This document shows positions 1-8,834 of a stretch of 64,000 nt of DNA, one piece after another. This stretch comes from Candidatus Bruticola sp. (GTDB lineage Bacteria > Vulcanimicrobiota > Xenobia > Xenobiales > Xenobiaceae). The DNA lies in contig JBJEGD010000013.1 of assembly GCA_051874735.1 (NCBI GenBank), positions 1 through 64,000 on the forward strand, in the 5' to 3' direction. Position 1 is the stretch's first letter. Every line of letters starts with the position of its first letter. The notes below the pieces were generated by a model. That model made no database searches. It saw only the letters and a list, made by a program, of their open reading frames with translations, and had not been told where the DNA came from. A program made the translations under genes and the position numbers.

Positions 1-17
1 CCGCCGGAATTATATTT

Positions 18-50
18 AAGCCCGCCGGGTAAAACTCAGCGGGCTTTTTT
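18..50 (+). terminator. Intrinsic terminator of a gene upstream of the window
   Basis: Stem AAGCCCGC...GCGGGCTT followed by a T run. Confidence 0.7.
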
Positions 51-209
51 CTTTGCGCTAAGTGTGGGCCACCTCGGCCAGATTTACGCCCCAATTTATT
101 AATTCGCTGCCATTTTTAGTTGATTGTATTCGTTTTACAAGATTAGCGAATTTTCGGCCGCTTGTAGACTTTAATTATTGGTGCTGCTGAGGTGGAGGCT
201 AGGGGGTAT

Positions 210-1580
210 TTATTTCTGGCTTAGTTTTGTAGGCTTATCATAGTCTAGAGCAGTATCTTCGCAAATATTTAGAAGCTGTTGAGCCGCTTTAATAAAATTT
301 TCTTGCTGAGCCCAAAGTTTAGCGTTATCGCTTAGTATTTGTCTATAATCTGGATTGTTTAGCACTCCGTGAATAGTTTCCCACAGTACTTGGGCGTTGC
401 AGTGCTGCCTAGGTATAATTATCCCGGTATTTTTTACAATAGTTTGCTTAGCGCCGGGAGTTTCTATGGCTATAGCTGGTGTGCCTTGTTGCATAGCTTC
501 CATAGTAGTTAGGCCATAGCTTTCGTGTTGGCTAGTTGTCACAAATACGGTAGCTCTGGCTAAAATGGCTGCTTTGCGCAAATCCCCCACATGTCCGGGA
601 AAAATTACTCGCGTTTTCGTTAATTCCTGACTCAATTGCTTTAACTTTTTCATGAATGAGACGCCTTTCATAAATGAGGCTGAACCGCATATAAAAACCG
701 TCAGGCTTGAGGGAACTCTTCCCATTAGTTCTCCCCAAATTAAAGCTTTTAATAATTTTTGTTGAGCTTTTTCGGGAGATATCCTGGAAAGCATAACGAT
801 AACCGGATCTTCTGGTTTTAGGTTAAACTCATGGTTAATTTGTTCAATACCGTTTGCAATTTCTGAAGGAGTAAATGATTGCACAGGGGAGCCCCAGGGG
901 ACAACTTCTATTTTCTTTTCTAGGCCGTTTATTGAATTATAAGTATCTAGAAGAATCTGCTTCATATCTTGAGATGGTACAATCAGTTTAGGACAGAATT
1001 GAACGGCATCTGCCTGTTTATCAAAAACTAAACGGACAATATTAGGAATAAGAGGCAGTTTTCTTATTTTAGACCATACCAACATACATTGCTTAGGTGT
1101 CCATTGTTCATAAAAATACATGCGGCAGACAAAATCTAATACATCAACATGAAAAATGGGTATGCAGGGAATATTGTTTTCGCTTAATTTTTTAAAGTTG
1201 GGGCCTTCTGATATGTCGTGGGTTAAAACTACATCTGGTTTTAGAGCCAAAATTTGTTCAGTACAGGCCTTTTCAAATTGGCGACAAAACTTAGCGTAGC
1301 GGAATGTACCTATATTGCAGGGAGTTTCTTTACTTTTAAAAAGTGGAATTCGTATAACGTTAATGTTTTTGTTTACAGCTTCTGTTTGGTTTTCTTCGGA
1401 AGGTCGGTTACCTGAGCTGTAATGCCCCGGAACGATCAGTGTTAACTGCAGATCTTCTACGTTTTCCCAAGCTTTGAGCAAACGCTCGCAAATGGCCGCT
1501 CCTCCTCCTAAGGGTAATTTGTTAGAATCGCTTCCTCCGTGGGCTGCTAAAATTGCTATTTTTAAATTGGTATCTGTCAT
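210..1580 (-). CDS. Glycosyltransferase family 4 (GT-B fold)
   Basis: N-terminal KIAIL...GGGA, VVPWG, LSRISPEKA and the GT4 signature ESYGLTTMEAMQQGTP. Confidence 0.9.
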   Translation of the reverse strand: MTDTNLKIAILAAHGGSDSNKLPLGGGAAICERLLKAWENVEDLQLTLIVPGHYSSGNRPSEENQTEAVNKNINVIRIPLFKSKETPCNIGTFRYAKFCRQFEKACTEQILALKPDVVLTHDISEGPNFKKLSENNIPCIPIFHVDVLDFVCRMYFYEQWTPKQCMLVWSKIRKLPLIPNIVRLVFDKQADAVQFCPKLIVPSQDMKQILLDTYNSINGLEKKIEVVPWGSPVQSFTPSEIANGIEQINHEFNLKPEDPVIVMLSRISPEKAQQKLLKALIWGELMGRVPSSLTVFICGSASFMKGVSFMKKLKQLSQELTKTRVIFPGHVGDLRKAAILARATVFVTTSQHESYGLTTMEAMQQGTPAIAIETPGAKQTIVKNTGIIIPRQHCNAQVLWETIHGVLNNPDYRQILSDNAKLWAQQENFIKAAQQLLNICEDTALDYDKPTKLSQK

Positions 1581-1741
1581 AAAAAAACACTTCTCGCTGG
1601 TTAAAAAGCTTCACGTTTAATTCTTGGCTATGGTTCTTTGTTATCAAGGATTTTCCTTATGAAAATGGAATTTTCAACGCGCTCGTTTTTTTTGTTTTTT
1701 AGCTGTAATAAAACACTGTTTACTGTATAGCTGGAGGACAT

Positions 1742-3283
1742 ATGTCTGTAGATAGTCTCTATAAACTCGATGTAATCAGCGGAGCTGATGAAGGAGAGAC
1801 TGTTGTTCTGTATGGTTCCTCAATAAAGATAATTGGGGGGGAATCTACTTGCCTAAATGCTGAGGAAGGATGGTTAAGTATAAAAGATCGTTCTATAGGC
1901 GGACTACAGGCAGTTTTAACTTGGGATAGTAATAATCAAGTTTATACTATTTCCAATCGTTCGGCTATCTCGCCTATCGTTGTCAATGGTAAGGCTTGTG
2001 CCAATGCCATCTTGATTAATGGCACTACTATTGAAATCGGTCGATCTGTGCTGAGAGTTGAAGCTCCGGCTGGATATAGAGGACCTACCAGTGCGAATAT
2101 TTGCGAAATAACTTCTGCTAGCGATGACGATATTTATTTAGGAGACAGTCAGCCGCAGCAGGTCAGAAAACGAACTACTCCAGCTTGGTTACTTTGTGGC
2201 GATGATGCTCCCGATTTGCCTGAGCTTACTATGGAACGTGTAACTTCAGACGATTATTGGGAAAGCCAGTCTTCATCAGCTTTACTTGAGACAAACTCTA
2301 CTGAAAAACGGGCAGACATGTATGCTCCTGTGTCTAGAGCAGGACGTCCGCCTGGGCCTCTTCCTGTTGCCGATTCAGATGCTGCCAAAGCCCAAAAATT
2401 AGGGATTAGTTTACAAATCTATCGTCAAGCTTTGAATGATGGCTTCGATCCGGCTCTTTATGCTCAAGCTTGTCGTGAAGGTATTGAACCGCATGTTTAT
2501 ATGCAGGCTGTGCAATCTAAACAAGATCCGCATTTGTATGCCAAAGCCTGCGGTCTAGGTCTGGAGCCTGAAGTTTATATCGAGGCTTTAAATAAAGGCT
2601 ATGATCCTTTTACTTACAATCAATTTCAGACTAATAACACAAGTTTAGAAAAAAAATCTGCAGAGAGTCAGTCGAGCGATGCTTATAGTGAAGCAGAAGG
2701 TTTTGCTCATTTGTTTGTTCCTCCGCCTCCTCCTGCACTTTTTAGTAAAACGGCCCCTAAGGCAGCCGTGCCGATTTTTGAAGCTAATACGATAGTTTCT
2801 AGTGCAGAAAAATATGAATTAGAAAGTGGGGATATTGCAGAAGTTCTTGAGTCTGATCCTGTTGATACCGCCGAGCAACCAGCTACTCAAAAAACGGCAG
2901 ATACTTCTCAAAGACACGTTGAACGTGAAGTAGTATCGTCTCCCGATGAATACCAAGATGAAAATGGCAACCATCCTAGGGGGCGCCTTGTAGTTGTTTA
3001 TGGGGCTAACCGTGGTCTAACCCTTAACGTATATGGCAATGTTGCTATAGGTCGAGCTGGAGATAACGATTTCGTTTTAAGCGATTTGGCGATATCGCGT
3101 CGTCATTGTTCAATACAATTTTTAGAAGACGGAGTTTATCTGGTAAATCATAGTACTTCTTCAACCACTAAACTTGGGCGCACGCTTGTAAAAACTAGAG
3201 CACGTCTGGATAAAGAGAGTTCAATTACATTAGCTAACAAGGTGCGCATCCATTGGGAAAGTTACGATAAAAATAGTCGATAA
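1742..3283 (+). CDS. Double FHA-domain protein with a central 13-aa tandem repeat
   Basis: C-terminal canonical FHA (IGRAGDNDFVLSDLAISRRHC); degenerate N-terminal FHA (LDVISGADEG...IVVNG...IEIGRS); SD GGAGG before ATG. Confidence 0.8.
   Translation: MSVDSLYKLDVISGADEGETVVLYGSSIKIIGGESTCLNAEEGWLSIKDRSIGGLQAVLTWDSNNQVYTISNRSAISPIVVNGKACANAILINGTTIEIGRSVLRVEAPAGYRGPTSANICEITSASDDDIYLGDSQPQQVRKRTTPAWLLCGDDAPDLPELTMERVTSDDYWESQSSSALLETNSTEKRADMYAPVSRAGRPPGPLPVADSDAAKAQKLGISLQIYRQALNDGFDPALYAQACREGIEPHVYMQAVQSKQDPHLYAKACGLGLEPEVYIEALNKGYDPFTYNQFQTNNTSLEKKSAESQSSDAYSEAEGFAHLFVPPPPPALFSKTAPKAAVPIFEANTIVSSAEKYELESGDIAEVLESDPVDTAEQPATQKTADTSQRHVEREVVSSPDEYQDENGNHPRGRLVVVYGANRGLTLNVYGNVAIGRAGDNDFVLSDLAISRRHCSIQFLEDGVYLVNHSTSSTTKLGRTLVKTRARLDKESSITLANKVRIHWESYDKNSR
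2402..2626 (+). repeat. In-frame 39-nt/13-aa tandem repeat, about 6 copies
   Basis: GISLQIYRQALND / GFDPALYAQACRE / GIEPHVYMQAVQS / KQDPHLYAKACGL / GLEPEVYIEALNK / GYDPFTYNQF. Confidence 0.85.
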
Positions 3284-3322
3284 ATAATTCGGCATGGCTA
3301 ATTTATACTGTACTGTAAAGAA

Positions 3323-3360
3323 AAATGCCGCCGTCAGGCATAAGCCGGACGGCGGCATTT
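3323..3360. terminator. Bidirectional intrinsic terminator
   Basis: AAATGCCGCCGTC...GACGGCGGCATTT between convergent genes. Confidence 0.8.
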
Positions 3361-3379
3361 ATTTTGATTACTAAAAACA

Positions 3380-4024
3380 CTATCTGGTCGTCTGTTTCAC
3401 GTAAAGACGGCCGTCAGAATTGAAAGCCCAGACATCTTCCTTTGTATGCTCAAGCAATCCCCAGCCGGAAAGGCGCCCAGCTACGGCAGCAAAAGCCCCA
3501 GGAACGGTGCATATAAGAGCCAGATATGTGGCTACTATAGTTTTTTCTGAAGGATTTTCTGTTAAGTAATTGAGCAAAGGAGCAAAAGAACCGCTAAATA
3601 TCATGGGAACTAAAACTCCGCCGAAACCGCCGCAGAATCCGCCTATACCGAAAGCGTACAGCAAGGAACTTTCTGCTATTGAAGTAAAAATCAGCCAAGC
3701 CATAATAGCTCCGGCAATACCGTACATGATGACGCAGCTCATGGTAGAAGAGGCCAGCACAATGTTGCCTATTACCAGGTAGCAAGCTAAGACCAAAAGC
3801 AGTCCAATTGTGCCCATGGTTGACGGTTTCTCGCGTCTGGGCAGGCCTAGGCGCAACAGATAGGTAGAAAGCAAACCTATGATTACGGAGAGTACTGAAG
3901 CCATGACAGAAGTCTCTGTGGCTATAAAATCAACTCCTTGTCCCATAGTGATACCCACTAGCACACCTACCAACAAACCTAGCATCAGTCTGACGCTGCT
4001 GGGTACTTCATTTTCTCTACTCAT
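3380..4024 (-). CDS. Hypothetical Gly-rich integral membrane protein (about 6 TM)
   Basis: 214-aa ORF with several hydrophobic GxxxG-rich segments; SD GAGGA. Confidence 0.7.
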   Translation of the reverse strand: MSRENEVPSSVRLMLGLLVGVLVGITMGQGVDFIATETSVMASVLSVIIGLLSTYLLRLGLPRREKPSTMGTIGLLLVLACYLVIGNIVLASSTMSCVIMYGIAGAIMAWLIFTSIAESSLLYAFGIGGFCGGFGGVLVPMIFSGSFAPLLNYLTENPSEKTIVATYLALICTVPGAFAAVAGRLSGWGLLEHTKEDVWAFNSDGRLYVKQTTR

Positions 4025-4080
4025 TATGATTCCTCAAATAATTTGACATATTATATTGTCTACAATTCTATATTATGAGA

Positions 4081-5169
4081 TTAGGCCCCGCAAGTACAAG
4101 AGCATTTATCAAAAAATTTTATGGGTAAATTACTATAAAGTGTAGGATAGTTTTTGGCTAAGGGATTGCAAAAATGTCCGTCTTGAGTTATTCGATAATA
4201 AATAGGCAAATGAAAATGGCCTTCAGGACAGCTCCAAATTACAGCGGCATTTTCTGCTTGGCACCAGAGCCAAGAGACTCGCTCGGGTTGGATATGCAGT
4301 ATCGAAGCGGCTTGAAAACGCAAGTCTGACAAGTTGTCAATTTTATCTTTCGTACCGTCAATTATAACGAATATGCGGCTTCGTTTATCTAAGCTGCTGC
4401 AGAAAGAAGGTGGAACAGCAGCTAAAAGGGCCTTGAAGTTGTCCAGATCGGAAATTATACGCACTGTCCGATGAAGCGACGACCATTCAGTAATGGACTG
4501 CCAGGCTTCAGACCAGACAGCGGAGGCGTCCAATATATCCGTTACGGAGAGTGTACAAATTTGTCTAGTTTGGGCTAGCCTTTGAGCAGCTAGCCCCATT
4601 TGTTCATTCCAATAGTTATAGGCTGAAGAATTGGGAGAATAGCGTATACATAAATAGTTTACCTTCTGTTTGGTCAGTAAGTGTAAATTAGCTCCCTGAG
4701 CTAATAAAATTTTTTTTGCCCAATTTAAGGTATTGCCGTCAAAACTGCGTACAGGGTCGATTATCTGACCTTCAGTTTGATTTGAAAAGGATTGAGGCCA
4801 GGTGCGTTGTTTTTTATAGGTTGATGGATAACATAAATTTACGGTTAAATTATACCAAACGGGCAGCTGAGCGCTAAGAGCGTCCCATTGAGATGAAGGA
4901 AGAGGCACCTGCGGTACAAGATCCGATCGGCTGTAAAGAGCTTGGTTGTATAGCAAATGATTGCACCAATTTTCGATAAGCGCAGCGGCAAAAAAACGAT
5001 TTTGTCGAGCAGAGGGATAGGCAAAGGCGCATTTTTGAGCCGCTAGACGGGACATAGATCCTCGATGTTTCTGTATAAGACGTATCAGACGGCGGCGTAG
5101 CTTAACGTTAGGATGCTCTGAAGGATGATATACAGGACCGCGTCTTTTGTGAAAATGAAGGTTAGGCAT
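4081..5169 (-). CDS. Degenerate LuxE-like (acyl-protein synthetase fold) protein
   Basis: SFDGNTL...KVNYLCIRYSP, TVRII, ILHIQPERV...CPEGHFHLP and terminal CTCG follow the pattern of LuxE-family proteins; P-loop SSGT and GGGWK motifs are absent; overlaps the GNAT stop. Confidence 0.55.
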   Translation of the reverse strand: MPNLHFHKRRGPVYHPSEHPNVKLRRRLIRLIQKHRGSMSRLAAQKCAFAYPSARQNRFFAAALIENWCNHLLYNQALYSRSDLVPQVPLPSSQWDALSAQLPVWYNLTVNLCYPSTYKKQRTWPQSFSNQTEGQIIDPVRSFDGNTLNWAKKILLAQGANLHLLTKQKVNYLCIRYSPNSSAYNYWNEQMGLAAQRLAQTRQICTLSVTDILDASAVWSEAWQSITEWSSLHRTVRIISDLDNFKALLAAVPPSFCSSLDKRSRIFVIIDGTKDKIDNLSDLRFQAASILHIQPERVSWLWCQAENAAVIWSCPEGHFHLPIYYRITQDGHFCNPLAKNYPTLYSNLPIKFFDKCSCTCGA

Positions 5170-6355
5170 TGACCAGCTCCTCCCAAAGCCTTGATGTGTA
5201 AAGTTTAAAAAATTCCAGCAAATAAGGTTTACAGTCTTCAGTTAACTTCAGACCTTTGAAATGGAGCGGTACGAAGCTGCGTGAAGCGAACATATAATCG
5301 AGACGCTGGCCGTTATTCAGATTAGCTGCTGGGAACCAAGCGCTGGGAATAAAGTAGGCCTGCCAGAGCTGCGCTTGAATTATAGGGTCGTAAGCCGAAG
5401 CCAAGACTTCTAGATACTTTGCCTCCATCTTTTCGCAGGCGGCAGCCACAGATTCTAACAAGCAAACCATATCGTGATGGTTAGTTTCTAATCCGACCAT
5501 AGTAGCGTGTCCATCTATAGGTTGAAAATTTAAAAATACACGTACTGTTTTCTCTGGATTGATCAGCATAGTATTAGGTTCCAGCAGAGGACAAAAACCA
5601 AAACGCAGCGCTCCAGCCTGACGAAGTTTTTCCCGCTCAGCCTCAATTCCTTGAGGATAATTTTCAGGAGATGCAGGAGCTAACTTGATTAGTGGTTCTG
5701 TGCAAGGAGGGAGATCGACAGAACGCATGATGGCAGGGCCTAAGTTGAGTTGGCGATCTACTAAACGGTACATAGTTTGTACTTGGTTGTAAATGCGGGG
5801 TAGGGGACGCCTGTTTTTGAAAGCATCTGGCCCCAAACATATTTTAAAACTATGCGTTTCGTAGTCTCGAACCCGGCGAACATTAGGAAATATACCTGTA
5901 TCTATATAGCCAAGTTCTTTCAAATGTTTGTGAAAATTAGGTGAAACAAAAGTGCGCACCATGGCGTAAATCATAGTGCAGGGGCCACCTTCGCGTAGCA
6001 AACTGTTGTGAGCGCACTTCATCATAGAATAAATGAGACGACATCCGCGGAAATCAGCTGCAATAACTCCGCTGAACGCTTTCCCCAAATGATGATAGGG
6101 ATCAACTGAAAATATGACACTGCCGACTAGGTGCTCGCCACTTTGACTAATAATCCATAAGTAATTGCTATTATCAGTTAAAGCTTGAGCCATTTTTTCT
6201 GCATTGGCTATTTCTGGAATCGTATAAGAGTTTCCGTATACATCGGTATATAATTTTTTAATATTTTCTTGATCCTCAATTCGCCCTCTGCGGATAGTCA
6301 CTAGGCGTCCGTCGTCTAACTTTAGTTCCTGAGGTTCCATATGGAGTTCCGACAC
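5162..6355 (-). CDS. GNAT-family N-acetyltransferase (long form, probably two GNAT-like domains)
   Basis: VTIRRGRIEDQENI, LVGSV, VIAADFRGCRL (acetyl-CoA motif A), LGY; GTG start with SD AGAGG. Confidence 0.75.
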   Translation of the reverse strand: MSELHMEPQELKLDDGRLVTIRRGRIEDQENIKKLYTDVYGNSYTIPEIANAEKMAQALTDNSNYLWIISQSGEHLVGSVIFSVDPYHHLGKAFSGVIAADFRGCRLIYSMMKCAHNSLLREGGPCTMIYAMVRTFVSPNFHKHLKELGYIDTGIFPNVRRVRDYETHSFKICLGPDAFKNRRPLPRIYNQVQTMYRLVDRQLNLGPAIMRSVDLPPCTEPLIKLAPASPENYPQGIEAEREKLRQAGALRFGFCPLLEPNTMLINPEKTVRVFLNFQPIDGHATMVGLETNHHDMVCLLESVAAACEKMEAKYLEVLASAYDPIIQAQLWQAYFIPSAWFPAANLNNGQRLDYMFASRSFVPLHFKGLKLTEDCKPYLLEFFKLYTSRLWEELVNA

Positions 6356-6603
6356 GATAAAATTCCTCTGGAAATATATGGTAATCTTAATCCCATTCTG
6401 TTCTGCATAACTAAATTTTTACTTGCTTTTAAGGTTCTTGATAAGTGTCTGTCGACTGCGCATGCGCTTGTATAAATGGTCAAAAATAGAGCTACTGACC
6501 ATTTTTATAAAACGATTAAGCAGATTGATTAGCGTCAATATTTGGGATTTTAACCTATTCTATTTAATAGTTGCCTACATAAACAGGTATATAATTATTT
6601 GCC

Positions 6604-6632
6604 TTGACAAAAATAAAAATTTTTTTTAGCAT
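6604..6632 (+). promoter_or_regulatory. Putative sigma70-type promoter
   Basis: TTGACA-17 nt-TAGCAT upstream of the ORF starting at 6681. Confidence 0.45.
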
Positions 6633-6680
6633 GATAGCGCAATTACTTTGTATTTTAAGCATGCATATATAGGGGGGAAT

Positions 6681-7421
6681 ATGAATAAGCGGATTTTTGT
6701 CTTTTTTTTAACCGTATTTTTGCTCGTTTTTGTATCAATTTTAGTGTTCGGTGGCAGTGCTCGGCGTCTATTTGCTCAACCTCAGTATGTGCGCGGCTCG
6801 GCTAATGTGGCTGTAAGTGGATACAATAATTCTTGTGGCAACTTTATTTTATGGTCTAATGGAAGAATTACTTCATCTGATGGCAAAGTGATCAATGAAG
6901 CCGATCAATATACTCCAGAGCAGTCTATAAAACTTCCGGTGCGTGTAAAAGGTCAATGTGTAGGAGCTGCTCAGGTTGCTGTTAGTGTTTTTGTCGGAGG
7001 TAGTAACAGCTATGTGTTATTTGCTGATGGGACGGTACGACGCCCCAAAAACAGCAAAGCTGCTGCCGGTAACGGACAATTTCGTGTGGTAGCCGGCAAC
7101 ATTTTCAAAGAATCTGCTGATTTTATAGGCGAAGCTCCTTTACCGCAATTTAATAGCGGTTTTACCCGCGATCTTTACTATAATCCCGGAACTGCAGCAA
7201 ATAAAGAGCGCCGAGTGCGCATCAATTTTGATAAGCCTTTTATGCGCACTCCAGTTATTTTTGTTCAGGAAATGCATATCGCTTCCCCCAATGAAGCCTC
7301 TGCCTCAGTAACTTTAGAATCAGTTTCCTTGAATAATTTTGTTGTTAAGGTGGCAGGTAAGGGGCTAGATCTGGGGCGTCCCATAGGAGATAAATGTTTT
7401 TTTCTGGCTATAGGCGATTAG
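6681..7421 (+). CDS. Secreted or membrane-anchored protein with an internal duplication and a C-terminal H-type-lectin/tail-fibre-like beta domain
   Basis: Signal/anchor MNKRIFVFFLTVFLLVF; C-terminal INFDKPFMRTPVIFV...VSLNNFVVKV; start moved to ATG 6681 after a G-rich SD. Confidence 0.6.
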   Translation: MNKRIFVFFLTVFLLVFVSILVFGGSARRLFAQPQYVRGSANVAVSGYNNSCGNFILWSNGRITSSDGKVINEADQYTPEQSIKLPVRVKGQCVGAAQVAVSVFVGGSNSYVLFADGTVRRPKNSKAAAGNGQFRVVAGNIFKESADFIGEAPLPQFNSGFTRDLYYNPGTAANKERRVRINFDKPFMRTPVIFVQEMHIASPNEASASVTLESVSLNNFVVKVAGKGLDLGRPIGDKCFFLAIGD

Positions 7422-7464
7422 CAACTAAGCAAGATTTTTGTTCTAGGCAGCTAATTGTAAGCGC

Positions 7465-8832
7465 ATGTTTTTGCAAGTAATGAAAGCTCAAAACTTATCT
7501 GAGTTTTATACAAAGCGCTGGAATGAAACTAAACTCGGGGAAGTAGTTAAAACGCTTCCCGGTGCTAAGCTGTGTGCTTCATCGCTTATTGAAGCGCGCC
7601 AAGCTGGAGCAAGGTACGCTATTTTGGGTATACCTGAAGATATTGGACCCAGAGCTAACGGAGGACGCAGCGGATGCACTGGGGCTTGGAAAGCTTTTCT
7701 AAAATACTTTTTAAGCCAACAGAGCAACTGTTTTCTCACTGGTGAAGAGTTACTTATAGTGGGCAGCATTGACTGCGAAGATTTACTGCATGAGGCCGAC
7801 TGTATTCCGGAAAATGAAGATGAACAAAATTATTGGCGGGCTATTTGCTCCCGTTTAGATGAGCGCGTTTATCCGGTAATTGCAGCTTTAGTCGCCTATG
7901 GATACGCACCTATCGTTATAGGAGGAGGCCATAATAACGCCTATCCTATAATCAAAGGGGTAGCCTATGGTTTAAGTTTAAGCTCCTTGCAGGGAATAAG
8001 TCTGGAAGATCATCCTTTGATCAAATTGGCTTGTGGTCAAGAAAACAGCCCACTAGGCGAATCTTTGGCTAATCGTCCGCTTAAAAGTGAGGAAGCAGCT
8101 TCAAAATTGGCTCTGGCTCTAGATGGTTTAGCTTCAGGTGCTATCGGTGATAAGCAATTTTCAATTAGTGATAGCATTTGTGCAGAAGAAATCAGCTTAG
8201 CAGAGGCTGTGCGCCGTCACTTACAGCAATCCGCTGAAACATCTACAGGACCAGAGCTTAATCTTGGTCCTTTAGATGACGGAGGACAGCATTTTATTCC
8301 AATTTCAGTAGTAAATTGTGATCCCCATGGCGATTTCCGAGCTTTAGAAGGACGTCACAGCGGAAACGCTTTCAGCTATGCCAAGTTAGCGCGTTATCTT
8401 AACAATTATTGCCTAGTAAATTATCACGAAAGTTATAATTCCGCTAATATGCTGTCTTATATGAGAGCGCAGGGAGTTAGGGCATTTTCTTACGAGTCTG
8501 TCTTTGTGCGTCATGAATTCAGCTATGCAGAAACCCTAGACTTTGTAGTTCAGCTTATGGGCAGTTCCAAAGATCATATAGGCTTAGAACTCGATCTCGA
8601 TGCTATAGCCAACATGCCCAGCAGTGCAGCCTCTCCTTACGGTATATCGCTAAGCGAGGCTGCTTTCTATACACATGCTATCTCTGCTGCTTTGCCTGTT
8701 ATTTACGCTCATTTTCCAGAAGGAGCTCCCTGTTTGGCCATAGGGGGCGATCGCATAGTCGGTAAAGGATTAGCTCTTCTAGTGTCAACTTTTGTTAAAG
8801 GAGGCAACCGCTATAGCTGCCACTTAGTTTAA
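7465..8832 (+). CDS. hutG: Formimidoylglutamase (arginase/ureohydrolase family) with an insertion of about 108 aa
   Basis: GIPEDIGPRANGGR, GGGHNNAY, DPHGDFRALEGRHSGNAF, LELDLDAI, PSSA. Confidence 0.8.
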   Translation: MFLQVMKAQNLSEFYTKRWNETKLGEVVKTLPGAKLCASSLIEARQAGARYAILGIPEDIGPRANGGRSGCTGAWKAFLKYFLSQQSNCFLTGEELLIVGSIDCEDLLHEADCIPENEDEQNYWRAICSRLDERVYPVIAALVAYGYAPIVIGGGHNNAYPIIKGVAYGLSLSSLQGISLEDHPLIKLACGQENSPLGESLANRPLKSEEAASKLALALDGLASGAIGDKQFSISDSICAEEISLAEAVRRHLQQSAETSTGPELNLGPLDDGGQHFIPISVVNCDPHGDFRALEGRHSGNAFSYAKLARYLNNYCLVNYHESYNSANMLSYMRAQGVRAFSYESVFVRHEFSYAETLDFVVQLMGSSKDHIGLELDLDAIANMPSSAASPYGISLSEAAFYTHAISAALPVIYAHFPEGAPCLAIGGDRIVGKGLALLVSTFVKGGNRYSCHLV

Positions 8833-8834
8833 AT

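Noticed and set aside
7975-8298. Possible intein in hutG
   Set aside because: No Cys/Ser start with His-Asn end and no recognisable splicing or endonuclease blocks
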